DNA of 64,000 nucleotides from Iphione sp. A-MEVVRFRX5 (lineage: Eukaryota): contig OZ320319.1 in assembly GCA_976226885.1 (NCBI GenBank), forward strand, positions 33,294,001 through 33,358,000, read 5' to 3'. The first letter of the stretch is position 1, and each line of letters begins with the position of its first letter. The position numbers were made by a program, and so were the translations under genes. Below, piece by piece: positions 38,401 to 50,900 of this stretch. Under the pieces are notes generated by a model that ran no database searches, was not told the DNA's origin, and worked only from the letters and a program-made list of their open reading frames with translations.

Positions 38401-40450
38401 GGATATTTATTTGCTTTTGTAGACGCTACAGATGTTATGTACAAAGCCGTGTATAAGTCATCGACGCAAACTCACTTTTGTGCTTTTTATATACTATTTA
38501 ATTCTATCCATCATTTTCGATACGCTTGAACTAGTTTGTCGTCACAATTTGCCTCAGAGCCCTATGTCGTCCGAGCCAGCTTGGTGCAAACAAAGGGAGG
38601 ACATTTGATCATGAACATTGAACAAATCTCTCTCAGTGCTCTGCATGGTTGCCATGGAAATCTTTCAGCCTTCCAGCTTTCATGACATTTCGTATAAGAT
38701 CGATGCTCTTTATTTATCACTCGCTCCCCATGGCATTTATATCAGCATAGGTGGCACTGCAGAAAGGTTTCATGCTCAGGTTAAGCTGGTTTTCTCACAG
38801 GTTCCAGATGCCTTTTGCGCCTAGCATAAATAATGTTTCTGCACGTTTAGCCGTGCATCGTTCCTGTACTATTTTGTTTCATGTATTGGCTAGCATCTTA
38901 GTTAAAGAAAAACTGCGGGAGCATGGTTAGAAAATTTAACGGATACGAAAACATATATTTACAAGCAAAGTAAGTCTGTGATGCACGAAAACACATACAT
39001 ACATATTACATATGCATGTATGCGCAATTACAAAGTTATGATTGAGTGTTGCCTTTTGAATCCTACTCAAAAACGTTTACGCTGCTGGCATGTAAAATCC
39101 ACTTCTTATCTCCATTTTGTCTATACATGTATGATACATAAGTATATAAATATTGAAATGTGATGGTCCATTTCCTAGTTTTGTCCTTTTTTCGTGGCAG
39201 CTGTATTTGAAACAGTGTTGTGTATTTATCCAATCGAATACATCCAGCCTCTGGTCGATCCGACGTATGACTTACATTTGCATTTTGCGTGGCTTCCTGT
39301 CTGGTGCCACTGCAATTGCGCTTACAGCAAGAGCCGTAGCGTTCACCATTCAGCCATTCTTCTGTCTGTGTGTTCATGATCGAAGAAACGCAGAGATTAC
39401 TGTGATATACTGACTTGATGGCACGCGATGTAAAGTGATTCTTCTGCAACGACCGTGCGTCGGTTTGAAACTGCGCCCCTGCTGGTTTCGTCGCGGCCTG
39501 TCACATTAACTGATCTGCAGAATCCAGGTCTATGGTAGAATAACGCCCTCATATCGCCTCTCCCGCCTCCTACGCTTTCACCTCCAAGATGAATAATCAT
39601 GATGTCCTAGCGAGCTCTAATACCCGTGCCTCGTAAATAGGCCAGTGATAAAATGCCTCGGAAAACGGACGTTGACATCAAGACGCCCCCTTCGAGCGAG
39701 TAAAAAAAAAGTTATTGGGAGACTTCAGTCTTAAAACAGAAGCGCATAAGAGAAGAACGCATAAGGCTCTTAAATTTCCATGCGGGGTAAATTAAGTCTA
39801 AATCCCCTAAAGTAGGTTGCTGACTCAACCTGAAGTTTAAAACGGGTCGACCTAAAAAGATCCCTTAAAAATACCGATCAAAAGGTAGCTCATGTTTACC
39901 TTGACCTGATTTTGGTGCAGGCGTATTCTTCGTGGAATTGCTATGGCTCGTTATGATGGATGGAGCATCATGCAATAGCCTAGCGAGCCCGAGCTTGTTT
40001 GTAGCACGCAGCGGACCGGACTGGGCTTTGATGCTTCCAGTGCACACACTTTTCCTCAACACAGGATAACACGAACCCCCCCCCCACCCTCCGCCTACTG
40101 GAGCTCGATCCATCACCAGCGCACGAGTGCAGATAGTTTTGATACAATAAATATTATTCGCCCCCCTTCATTAATCGTGAAAAAAATACTTTTTTCAGCT
40201 AGAAAGATGTTCATCATTTATATGATATACATTTTGTATTGTGGTTATATGTAAGTGCACATGCACGAGATATGAAAAAGACAAATGTTTCAATATACGT
40301 GTATTTGCAGGTGATTAGCCGACCAGTGGTAATAGAAATGGGCACCTGTGTGGTAGGGGAATAGACATTATAATATAGACATATAGCCACATATATATAT
40401 ACATAATGTACACATTATTGGATATCAACAGTTATCAGGTTAACACAACA

Positions 40451-40530
40451 TTCGGACAAATTGATACATATAGAGTAGAATCTCTGTCTTCGGACAAAGT
40501 GATACATATAGCCTACAGTAGAATCTCTGT
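40451..40530. repeat. Tandem duplication spanning the left junction of a MITE
   Basis: TTCGGACAAATTGATACATATAGAGTAGAATCTCTGTC (40451-40488), then TTCGGACAAAGTGATACATATAGCCTACAGTAGAATCTCTGT (40489-40530). Confidence 0.8.
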
Positions 40531-40635
40531 ACATGTATCTGTCGACCTCAGAACAAGGGTTACCTCTTTAATACCCCCTTAATGGGGATACATTCACCGG
40601 GAACCAAGGGTGTCCCCCTAAGTGAGGTTTTACTG
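40516..40635. mobile_element. Tc1/mariner (pogo/Tigger-like) MITE, 120 bp, related to 34050-34226
   Basis: Left end CAGTAGAATCTC; right-end reverse complement CAGTAAAACCTC. TA TSD at 40514-40515 and 40636-40637. Shares the subterminal GAACCAAGGGTGTCC with the 34050 element. Confidence 0.8.
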
Positions 40636-43600
40636 TATATATATGCATATAATATATGATTTAGACGTGGCAACGATTCCCTCATTCTGAAATGTATTTC
40701 GAAGTGAGAGGACCATTGCCACTTCTAAAATAATGATATATATCCACCAACTCCTCCTCCGAACATACAGGGCTAGCCAGAGTATAATATATAATCAGTT
40801 CATGGCGCAATGTCCTCTAAATTTGCAGAAATGTGGAGCATATACCTGTGCTATATATGCACATTTCCGTGTGACTATCATGTCATCTAGTGTTAAAAAT
40901 GAATTTTTACACTGGTTTAAAGTTCTTTTATTGTCACTGTTCGTTCATTTGCTACCGAAATATTGGATTTACCGTATGCATAGTTACAGAAGATTGTAAA
41001 GCAAATTTATGGCCTTAATTTGGAGGCCGCATTCACTCTGCTGTATTGTGTCCCATCCCGGTCTCCACCCAGTGTTTCTTTTATCAGTCTACTGTTATTC
41101 CTCCCAGGAATTCAAGAGAAATCGTAGCCAATTCCAGTTAAAATCAATACCATTAGTACTTGAACAGACAGGCTGGATGGTTTGGATTTCCTTTTGTGGT
41201 GTTATCACATAAAAGAGCAGTAAATTGATTTGTAATCATTTAATTTGATTGATTCACCCCAATTCAGAAAGGATGATATTTTGTGGGCTACATAGAAAAG
41301 ATGAAAAGGGCTTTCTTAACAAAAAAAATGTTAATCTGTTTGACAAGTGATTGTTCCTTAGATGTTCAATTTGGTTTGTCGCTCAATTTACAACCTGGTC
41401 ATTGTCAGTAGGACGAACAAAAAGAAAAACCTAACTCCCTCTGAGGTCCGAAAAAATTAAATGGATATCAAAACAGAAGAATATATATTTTCAATTCCTA
41501 AATGCGTTAACTAAAATTACATGAGAATTCATTCATCAACCAATATGCTATTTTCTATGTTATTAGAAGAAAGTTATGAACCGTACCCAAAACTTAAGCA
41601 GTATAGTTCTATTTCCCGTGCATTACCTGAATAATGGGTATATACATGTATCTCTTTTGACTAGAATGTGCCATATATGTATTATAACTTATAATTGGCA
41701 CCATGACACATTACCTGATGTGAACAGGACGTTTTTAATAGTAAAAATTGACCTTCGAAGTGTAAAAGTCATCAAGCTCATGGAGGGACCTTTGATCTCC
41801 ACAGGCTGCGGTAAATGTCCTTTTATGTCCAGTCCTGTCTGCGAGAGTATGAAGCTAAAGCCTTAGGAACCCACCAAAAATCTACTTTGCGTCTTAATAG
41901 TAGCCGTCGCGCGTCTGGCTCCTTTGGTCTTGGCGAGCTAATCTCCTCCTGCCTCCTTCCGCGCGGCTGCTCAGCTGACCTTTAATACCGGGGTTAGGTT
42001 GTATTGCACATCAGCAAAGGCGCTTTTAGGGGAGGGAGTCAATATAATATGATGTCTAATCTCTGTCGTGCAACGAGCCAACTGTGCGTTTTTGACAACC
42101 CAGCGTGTCAGCCCCCCCTGTATTCTACTCGGGCAAGCGCCCATCCATTCCATGAAAACACGGAATTATTGCTTCCCCGTCATGATTTATAACTTCTGCT
42201 AGAGTGCCCTGGCGGAGCACCTTGTGCGTTTTGACAACTTCTCAAATCGACAGATTCCCTGACCACAGAGCTGAAATGTCTCTTAGTTTTTCAGAATCGC
42301 TCTCGTGACTGTTCATCCTAACTGACGTCGGTCCCTGTGATCAGGCCTACCGAGCGAATCGTCAGGCGGACGAAGCGAGAAGCCATCAAACATTTCGTGA
42401 CACTCCCTCGATGTGTCTTCTTAGGGAGGCACCCTTTTCACGACCTGACATTTTCCGTGCGGTCACGATCAGGCACACTACCTCATCGTGAATTCGCCTG
42501 ATAGATCTGGTGACAGAGCGACCTTCAGCATTGGCACTGAAGGATACATGAAGACGGCCCAGAGAGGCCAACCATGATTAACGATTACTTCCGATCATAA
42601 TAAATTCATCCTTTTTTTGTCATGGAGACAGATAGCCAACCTATGTTATTTCACATCACTCAATACTCTTTTAACTCTGAACACCTTAAGGAAAATTTAA
42701 ATATGATTGTAACGAACGTTAAACTAATGTGAATACGAATACAAATACGACTAGTTAATTTATTTCTCCATATGGGTATTACGGGGCCTCTTCCAATGAA
42801 TTTTGTGAACAGTAGATTAAGCAATAAGAAAGCAAGAAGGAACAATATAAGATACAAAAAAATCAATAGTAGAATTTGAAGTTACATGGTAAGTAAATGC
42901 GGAGTAAAATATAGGCCTACTCCGTTTTCATCAGTAAATACAATGAAAAGAAATCGATTCCTTTCTCTTATTGTTATTACTTCCCGTAGTAAGCTGCTCT
43001 CGATCTATTACCACTCTGCAGGCAAACACAGAACACATTGGATTATTTCTTCTTGCTTTATCCTTTTTTTAACAGCTAGATCCCACGTGCCGGTTCTAAG
43101 TCTATATCTTTCAGGGTGGTTGAGTTCGTTTAGATTGCTCTCCGCAGTCTGCTGCCTAGACGTCAACATTGTCAAAAAAAGGAGCAATATAACCGCTCTA
43201 GGCCGATTTGGCCGCAATCAGTGATAGAATCCTCCCCCGCACGGTCCGCGACACTCACATCACAATCACGATGATCGGCGCGGCTCAAATCGAGAGCATT
43301 GTTGCTCCGCACGCGCTATGTTGTCCGGTCGCAGCATTGGTGTTCCCAGCGCCATGGATAGAACCGTTCCTCTTTTCGCCTCCATCAACCGATGCTCAAC
43401 TTGGCAACCTGAGTCATCGACCATGCTACTGACTACATTTAGCTATACGGATATGCGTGGTAACAAAACCTTGGTGATTTCATTTTGTTAGATGCGACAA
43501 GTGCGTTCGCTTCACCGACACCTCAGCCAAATGTCATTTTTAACTCACTCGCAGCTCAGGAACTAAATTTATATCTTAATGGCGAGGTATTTTTCTGACA

Positions 43601-46600
43601 TCTACAGAAATACGAACTACAAATATTACCTAACGACTGGCGTCTTAAGATATCCCTAGTACATTTGCTTTGTAATAGTTTAACAGGCTCTAACAAAGAA
43701 ATCCTGACAAAAAAGCTCACGCTGCAGTACATGTAATTACATTTTAACGAAGACCAATTACGCAGTCGATCAGCAATTAATGTATGTCTTTCTGCCATTC
43801 CTTCCTCAGCTGAAGAGTCCCTCGAGAGGGCAATAGTAGCACTAATTGTCTCTCCAGTGATTGCATTTGAATGGATTCTTTCACGATTTATGGACTCATC
43901 TGTCGCTACATCCCAATTTAACTGCAATTTAGAAGTTTGTGATGGATATTAGTGCAAGAACATTATCGAGTCTAAGTTCTTTGAAAAGCTTTAATTTTTT
44001 GTGGGCTCAAGGAATGGTGATGAAATAAAGTCACGAATCTAAGAGGACATGTATTTCAAGTGGTACGCTTTAAGCAAGACAGGTTTTTATCTCTTTCCAT
44101 GTCGTTATCATAAGACATGGAATGGTCATACATTCTTTCTAAAGGAAGAGTCCTTTAGGTGAGGTATTGATAAGCTAAGGGGGTTGATTGAAAAGAAGTA
44201 TGCACAGTTCGTTGGTAATCTACGTCGATTCTAGTTAGCCATGCACATGAAACGTACTTGATTAGGCAAATCGCTTTCCTCACGGATGTGTCCAGGCATT
44301 TTCCAGGCTGGGCGAGGTGCAAGTAGTATAGGAAACATCACGCTGATTTCAACCTTTTCTCTCTGCCAGTGGTGATCGCGGCCATATACATCCAGCACTG
44401 TAGTTCATTATGACAGGCCGTGAGTAGGTGAATGAGGGAAGCGCTACGGTGGAAATCTGATGATCCTCGGTCGGCGGACCTGCTAGGCCCCCGAGGGGGG
44501 GGGGGGGAGCGGCGTGCACTGGTCTGTTAGGGTGATCACCGCCCGATGACCACGCTGCAAGCGCAAAGTACCATCGACTTACACAGTAATCAGATCAGCA
44601 CTTCCACTCGGTTCTGGTCCGGCAAAGGCACACGCACTTCATACGCCTCCCCTTCCTTGTCACCTCCTATCTCAGCATTTTTATCCACTTCTCACCCCCC
44701 CCCCCCTTGCCCCTTTTCGGAGGTTCTTTGGATTTTTGAAGACCGCTACTTCTAGCGTAAAGACAAAATCTAGAGAAAAGGACTTAGACGTTTGGAAGGA
44801 TGGATAAACGTCACAAGTAGTAAAATATGTCTACGTCACGGATGCCGACTCCTACATGACATGGGCAAGGTGGTAGGTGTACCAACATAAATGGCATAGT
44901 TCCATTTGTTTACTAATAAGGAATCAAATAACAAATGCTCTTTCTGTCATTCTATCAAATGATCAAATTAAGGTGGCTCCTTTAGAACTGCTAGCTTTCC
45001 CATTAGTCCTCGCGTTTTTCAACCGAAAAAGTGCCATTGACATTTCAATATTGTGACCTTTCAATCTTTAAATATTTATAAAGTGTGTTTTGCTGCTGCT
45101 ACTGTACTCAATTCAAAATAGAATCTGGCAGTAGACAAAGCTCTGCGCAAACCGGTTATGGTTGAAAGTCACGGAGGACGTAAATCGATAGAACCCATGA
45201 ATTACACGTGTGCGTTCGGGTTCCAAAAACCTGTTGTATCGATCAACAGGGTTCCCAGGTGTTTCATCTTTTAGTTAATCAGATTGTTTACTTGTCTATA
45301 ACAAACCCACGCGTGAAGGATATGTCACTCCTCTAGGTAAAAGAAACGTATAATTCATGTATTCATTGTATAATCAATGCCTTTAAATGCCAAATAGAGA
45401 ATTACAGAGAACTTAAATCTAATATTAATCAAACCATAGCCAAATGCGAAACCTCCGCCGACACCATGCCTGCTCTGCTGGTTACCAGTGAGCAAGTGGC
45501 GGTCGGAGAAACTATGGCAACCAGCTGGCTTCCCTCCAGCCATGATCAGCGTGCTTTCGTTAAGATGAGATTGACGCCACAGCAAGTGGAGCCCAACACC
45601 TCCATATTGAATGACCCTATCTTATTAAGTATTTCCATGTCGGCTCTCCTCCAAGAAAAGAGTGAGCAGATGAACATTGCTACCACGTCCTTCGTATGTA
45701 TATTTCACATATGTCACGTCGGAGATACTTTGCCTCACTACGAATGGAAACATGTCTGTTCATATTCCCGAATTGGACTTGTTTGCAGAGAGAATAGTAG
45801 AGAACATCTTATCCTTCATAGGCCTGTCCTATTACAGAACGGAGCAAACTGTCACCGTTCATCACAGCGTTATCAAAACACTCTCAGTCATTAACTAGCT
45901 CCTAAGTGGATAAATGTAAGAAAAGGTGACCATATTTTTGCATTATAGGTTTAGTTAAAGAGGCTTCCATTTTAGCCTTCAAGGACCTTGTCCTAGACGT
46001 TTTTCATGCCATCATTGACATCAGTTAATATGGGACTAAGGATTATTTCCCTTGGTGCCATATTTATATTGACATTGCTCCACGCGGCGCAATTTCCGCC
46101 ACATTTCATAGTGTTCATAAACTGCGACAAGCCTATCTACTGCAATATTGACAGTTCTGCCACTGGCTTTATCAAGATAGAACAATTAAACCGGCCAGTC
46201 GATTGTTACTATAATCTCATCAGCAATATTTCATCGTCTCTTCACGTCCAAGTTACTCGTGTTCTAATTCAAACAATATTATCCCATAATTTTATTGCGA
46301 ATAACTGTCGACTATGAATCCCAGTATTAAAGCAAAGAAGAGTTTATTACTGTCGAAGGAAGATGCACATGTTTTATCTGCCGTCCTGTTGTACAGCCAG
46401 GCTACGTATTATGATATGCGAGCCACATGTATGAGGACTGATACACGCAGCAAATTGGCCCCGTTGTGAAAATGGAGTGGTAATGCAGGGCGGGTGGGGG
46501 GATAGACACCGTGCCACATAAAGTAACAGTCCTCCTGCCAGTATCAAGGCCCCCAAGAGAGTGAATTACCGGCCTGATACGCAGGAGCTAAAAGCCAGGC

Positions 46601-46709
46601 CAAAAATGAGGGACCGACCACTATGGTTATGACAGGATAATAGGGGAGCTTTCTGTGAGGTCCGCCAGCCCTGTCGGCGATCGGAGTGTGATGGGCAGTG
46701 ACAGCAGGG

Positions 46710-47133
46710 AGAGCCACCTCCGACCAGGCGACGGGCCGCAGCTAATGGTCTGTTTCTCCTAATCCCGGACCTGGATGGAAATGCCGGGGTGCTAGTTGCC
46801 CGGTAAGCCGAATGTCAGTCCATCTTGAAGTGTAGCTCTGACTCCTTCCGCTATCACTGGCCTCTCAGGTAAGCCTGATGCTCGAATTGTTCCTGCTATT
46901 TTCGTCCTGACGGCCAATATTTTCTCTAATAATGATTTCTGTCCACTGATAACTAGACAACCAGTAGATATCTTTTGAAGGGGTATATTTACGTGTTAAT
47001 GATAGGCCCTTCGATACGTGAAAGAAGTCATTCCTTCAATCAAACCGAAATACTTGTATATCCGATAGCGAAGACAACAAGTCCTGACTGATTGCACAAT
47101 AAGGCAAATAGCGCCTATTTCACATATTTGTTA
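46710..47133 (+). pseudogene. DIRS/Ngaro-like tyrosine recombinase C-terminal remnant
   Basis: RATSDQATGR..SCPVSRMSVHL (46710-46826; cf. KSKTDQxxxG..CPVxAxxxYL) and SGKP (~46865). Then RSHSF..SPD*LHNKANSAYFTYL (47023-47130; cf. SHSFRxGAAT..PDWLIKxxGRWxSxAYxxYI). Confidence 0.45.
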
Positions 47134-47909
47134 CCAGTAGTCTGGATGGCTGATCCATGCCACTGCTGTTGCACCAGGCATCCATCCTGAATATGACCCG
47201 CTCACCTTTCGCCGAGTCTGCTGTCACGGAGGCGCGCCATCAGTGCTTTGCGAGGGCCCGTAAATTACCACTAACAGACAGTGACGCGTGTCGTCTCATC
47301 TCGACTCCCGGTGTATATAATTTGACGAGTTTGAAGGAGCCATGACAGCAGGGTCGGGTTTGCGCGGGCCCTTGATCTCATTAGGAACAACAATATTCTA
47401 CTGAAGATATCGATCCCTATCTCTTCAATTCATGGGACGGGTAAAGCCTTTAATTATTTCTATTATCTAGCTAGATTAAATAAATAGATTGAGGAAAATA
47501 AGCCACGCCATGAAGCAGTAGAGGTTCTGCGACAGGAAACAAAAATATTTTCAGTACCAATGCATAATAATTACATATTTTAAAGGGCGTGTAAAGCCAC
47601 ATTTTATATGCTGGTCCGATAGCTTAGTCACGGGGATTCTTTGCTTATTCTTACCCTGGATCTGGAGGCTGAATTAATCAGACATGTTGCCCTCATCAAA
47701 ATCACTCTCGCAATTCACCACGTCAGGCTGTCTTCCCGAAGATAGGGCTTTGGTCGATGGGAAGTGATGACCCTAGGCTTCGCGAACCCCATCCACTTAT
47801 GCCCATCATCTGCTACCCTTGGCCGGCCGACACGCAGAGTCAAATTGGGAGACCTCAATCGCAGATTCGCCGCTCGACCACTCATCCCCTTGTTGGTGCT
47901 GGGATCATC

Positions 47910-47977
47910 CAAAATGGCGACGCCCTTCAGAGTCATTTGCTGACTTCCGGCAAGGAGGCTGTGACGTGACCGGAAAT
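47910..47977 (+). promoter_or_regulatory. Cluster of housekeeping-promoter-like motifs (YY1, ETS x2, CRE-like)
   Basis: CAAAATGGCGAC (47910-47921), ACTTCCGG (47943-47950), GTGACGTGAC (47961-47970) and CCGGAAAT (47970-47977) fall within 70 bp of CpG-rich sequence. No linked gene found. Confidence 0.3.
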
Positions 47978-50900
47978 GGAACTGTGCACCGTAGAGCCTG
48001 AGAAACTGGGGAGTGTATTACGGCAGATGAGAGTAATTATCTGGCGATCTCGGGAAAATGATGGCCTCACCCATACCCATGCAACTAACTCTTCGGTGGC
48101 GCCATGTTGGAAGAGGGCAGAATGAGGAACTGCAAGCAATTTGTAGCTCGGAAGACTTGGAGGTCGATCGAGTAGCCACTGGGGTGGGTGGGTGCAGACA
48201 TAACTTTTTAAGTTCACTCGCTAGCTGTTTCCATGCATTTCAAAGTGAGTTTAGAAACGAACAGCTGCAACTTCGGACGGTATGTCCGGTGTCATAATGA
48301 TACCATCATTGCAGTGGTTAGCCGCAGCCTATTGTGATATAGATGCTGTACCTTTTAAAAGGCTTGCTACATGCTCCCGAATTACCTCATTTAAAGGAAG
48401 TTTTGATCTCACTGTTTTTTTGGAATCGAAATTCTGTCAATCGGCTGCATTCCAGACTCCAGGTAGTCCTGACATTCACACCTCTAGGCCTTTCAATCAC
48501 CTGGTGGCATATCGCATTCCAATTGCGTGCCAGACGTTGTTCTGGCTATGTCATGGAAAGCCGTGGGAAAGGTTGCAGGCAGTACGCTAGCCAGGAAACA
48601 AGGAAGCCGGGCCCGGGGCGCCTGGCCTGCCACCGGGGCTTGGCTTCAGTAGCGCGCCGCTGTGACATCAAAGGGACCTAGGATGATGGCCCGGTTGGCC
48701 GTGCCACACGACGAGGGAGGAAGAGGACGCCGGCAACGTCCTCTGTGCTTCCTGTCTACAGTGCCTTTCGATTCAGTCTTCGCAAGCTGCTCATGAGGAA
48801 GGTTGCAATTAGCCGCTCACCCCATTTGATTGACTATTGATAGGCTCCGGCTCTCGGTTAGCGCCTGCGGTAAGGATACAACTTGAATGTGTTGATGGAG
48901 ACAAGCTCAAGACTGGGTCTCTTTATTATATATAGAAATCTTTCTCTCTCCCTATGGATGTATATGTATGTCTGTGTATAGATCAGTTACAATGTTCTGT
49001 TCATGTTCAGACTTATTAGTAGCCTCCTTGTATACTATGGTTTCTCCTACATCTTATACTTTTTCTTAGCGAAGTAATGTGGTAAAATGAAGGTGTTTTA
49101 TTTCCTCCATTCCCCTATTATTCTCCGAGGAGCATTTCTACATAAGAACAGCTATGCCAATTATGCTGGCCGTAGGCGTACGACTACAAGCTCTACGTTG
49201 GGTGGTAGCGTAGGTCTTGCACCATTACCCGGTGAACTGGGTGGCAAGAGTCTGTTGGAGCCTGCAAGACGTGCTCAGGTAGGAGGGCGAGAGAGGAAGC
49301 ACTGCTAGCGTTATCTCGTGGTTGGTACGGTAATTACATCCAATCTAGCTGTCCAATTACGTCTGGCGCTTTACATTCGTGCTGCCTAGGTCGTCGACAG
49401 GAAGAGCGCTGTGAGCAGCAAAACGAGGGGGAAGGTTTGTCTCTAAGGCAGGCCGTAAGGCGTTCCTTTGGATTGGCCAAAGGGCTAGTCTGAGATGGAG
49501 TTTGGAAGAGTCTAGATCCGCTTATACCTTCGCCTTTCCTTCTCGCTCATTAGGAGAATCAGCAGGCGTCTAGGTGGTCATGGGGCTCGTTCTTGGACGT
49601 GAGCGGCTTATGGCCCTCGTCCCAGCTGCCTCGACTTGGCTGGTCGTGGCAGACGCACATCCTAACCTGTCTTGATGATCCGCGATAATCCTCACCCTTT
49701 TTACGAGCGGTGTCCATTAATACCAGATATGTAAAAATGCAATTCGCATTTCCCTTCGTTTAGGGCCTCATCTATTAATATATTTTGTAGAGACCTGCCA
49801 TGTTGCTTTCTTGCCATTCGCCATCAGCTTATTTTGCCCCCAGAGAGATATAAAATTGCTGTTCTTTGCTATAATAATTAGGCCGGTGCATCAAGTAGGT
49901 ATGATAAAGTGTCATAGACAGTGATCCATCCCCAAACGACAGGCTCATGGGGGATCGTCCCTTCCCTCCTGCTCCCACCCTTCATCCTGCCGTCTCTGAG
50001 ATGGGTATGACCTCCCCCTCCAGGCAGGCAGAGCACGCTTCACTTTCAGTCGCTCCGCGCATCAGCCCTGCTTTAGCGGGTCGAGGCGCCTGTTTAAGTG
50101 ACACCTGAACACCAAACTGCTTCTAATGCCGAGAGTCTCAGTACTGCCGAAAAGCGGCAGATACACAGGGTAACCGTGCAGTCGATCTGTTTTTCATATG
50201 GCGATCGGGTTTCAAAGTTAGAGGGCTTAGAGGCAATATCGCTTTGAGTCAGCGATAAGAGGCCTATGGGTTATTGGGGAATGATATATTCCGTAAGTAA
50301 AACAAGCAGATATGTTAAATTACAAACGGGGCTTGATTTAATTCTAGTTTAAATGTATGTGATAGTAATTTTTGTATATGTTGTCTCCTGATTATGCAAA
50401 GCTACTTCCCGATTGAAAACAACAAAATTTAAATATCATTTAGCCATAATGTAGAGGTTGTAAAGCACAAAACAAAACCACAGTACAAATATAATATGTA
50501 ACACTGGTTTCTGTATATGTAAGTTCAAAAGACATGAAAAAATTGTTAGTTTGGCAAGTAGGTCAACTATATTTGTTAAATATTTGGTATTTTCGCAAAA
50601 CCCAGATACATTTGATATACTTTCTATTTTTGTCTTCATCTAACTCCACTGGGATTCAAATTTAATGCATTTGAATACGAAATCTATGGTACTTATTTTC
50701 GTTTTATTGTATTATCTCTTTGTCTGATTTTCTTTTTGGAGGGGCAGGAGAGTTCCGAGTCCTAAACTCTTAGAATTGCTTTATGCCATTGTGAAAATTC
50801 AATTTAATGTTTTTGAACGTTCTTAGTATCATCTACATATTGCAGCTAATCAAATTTCTTTAAGCTGAATATTGTTAATATTTGATAACCGCATTTCACC

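Noticed and set aside
44495-44706. G13 and C12 runs 200 bp apart
   Set aside because: No other complementarity surrounds them, and similar homopolymers occur elsewhere (27438, 37265).
46838-46874. Second AG|GTAAGC juxtaposed splice signal
   Set aside because: The pyrimidine tract is interrupted, and the site lies inside the recombinase remnant where it encodes SGKP, so it is probably coincidental.
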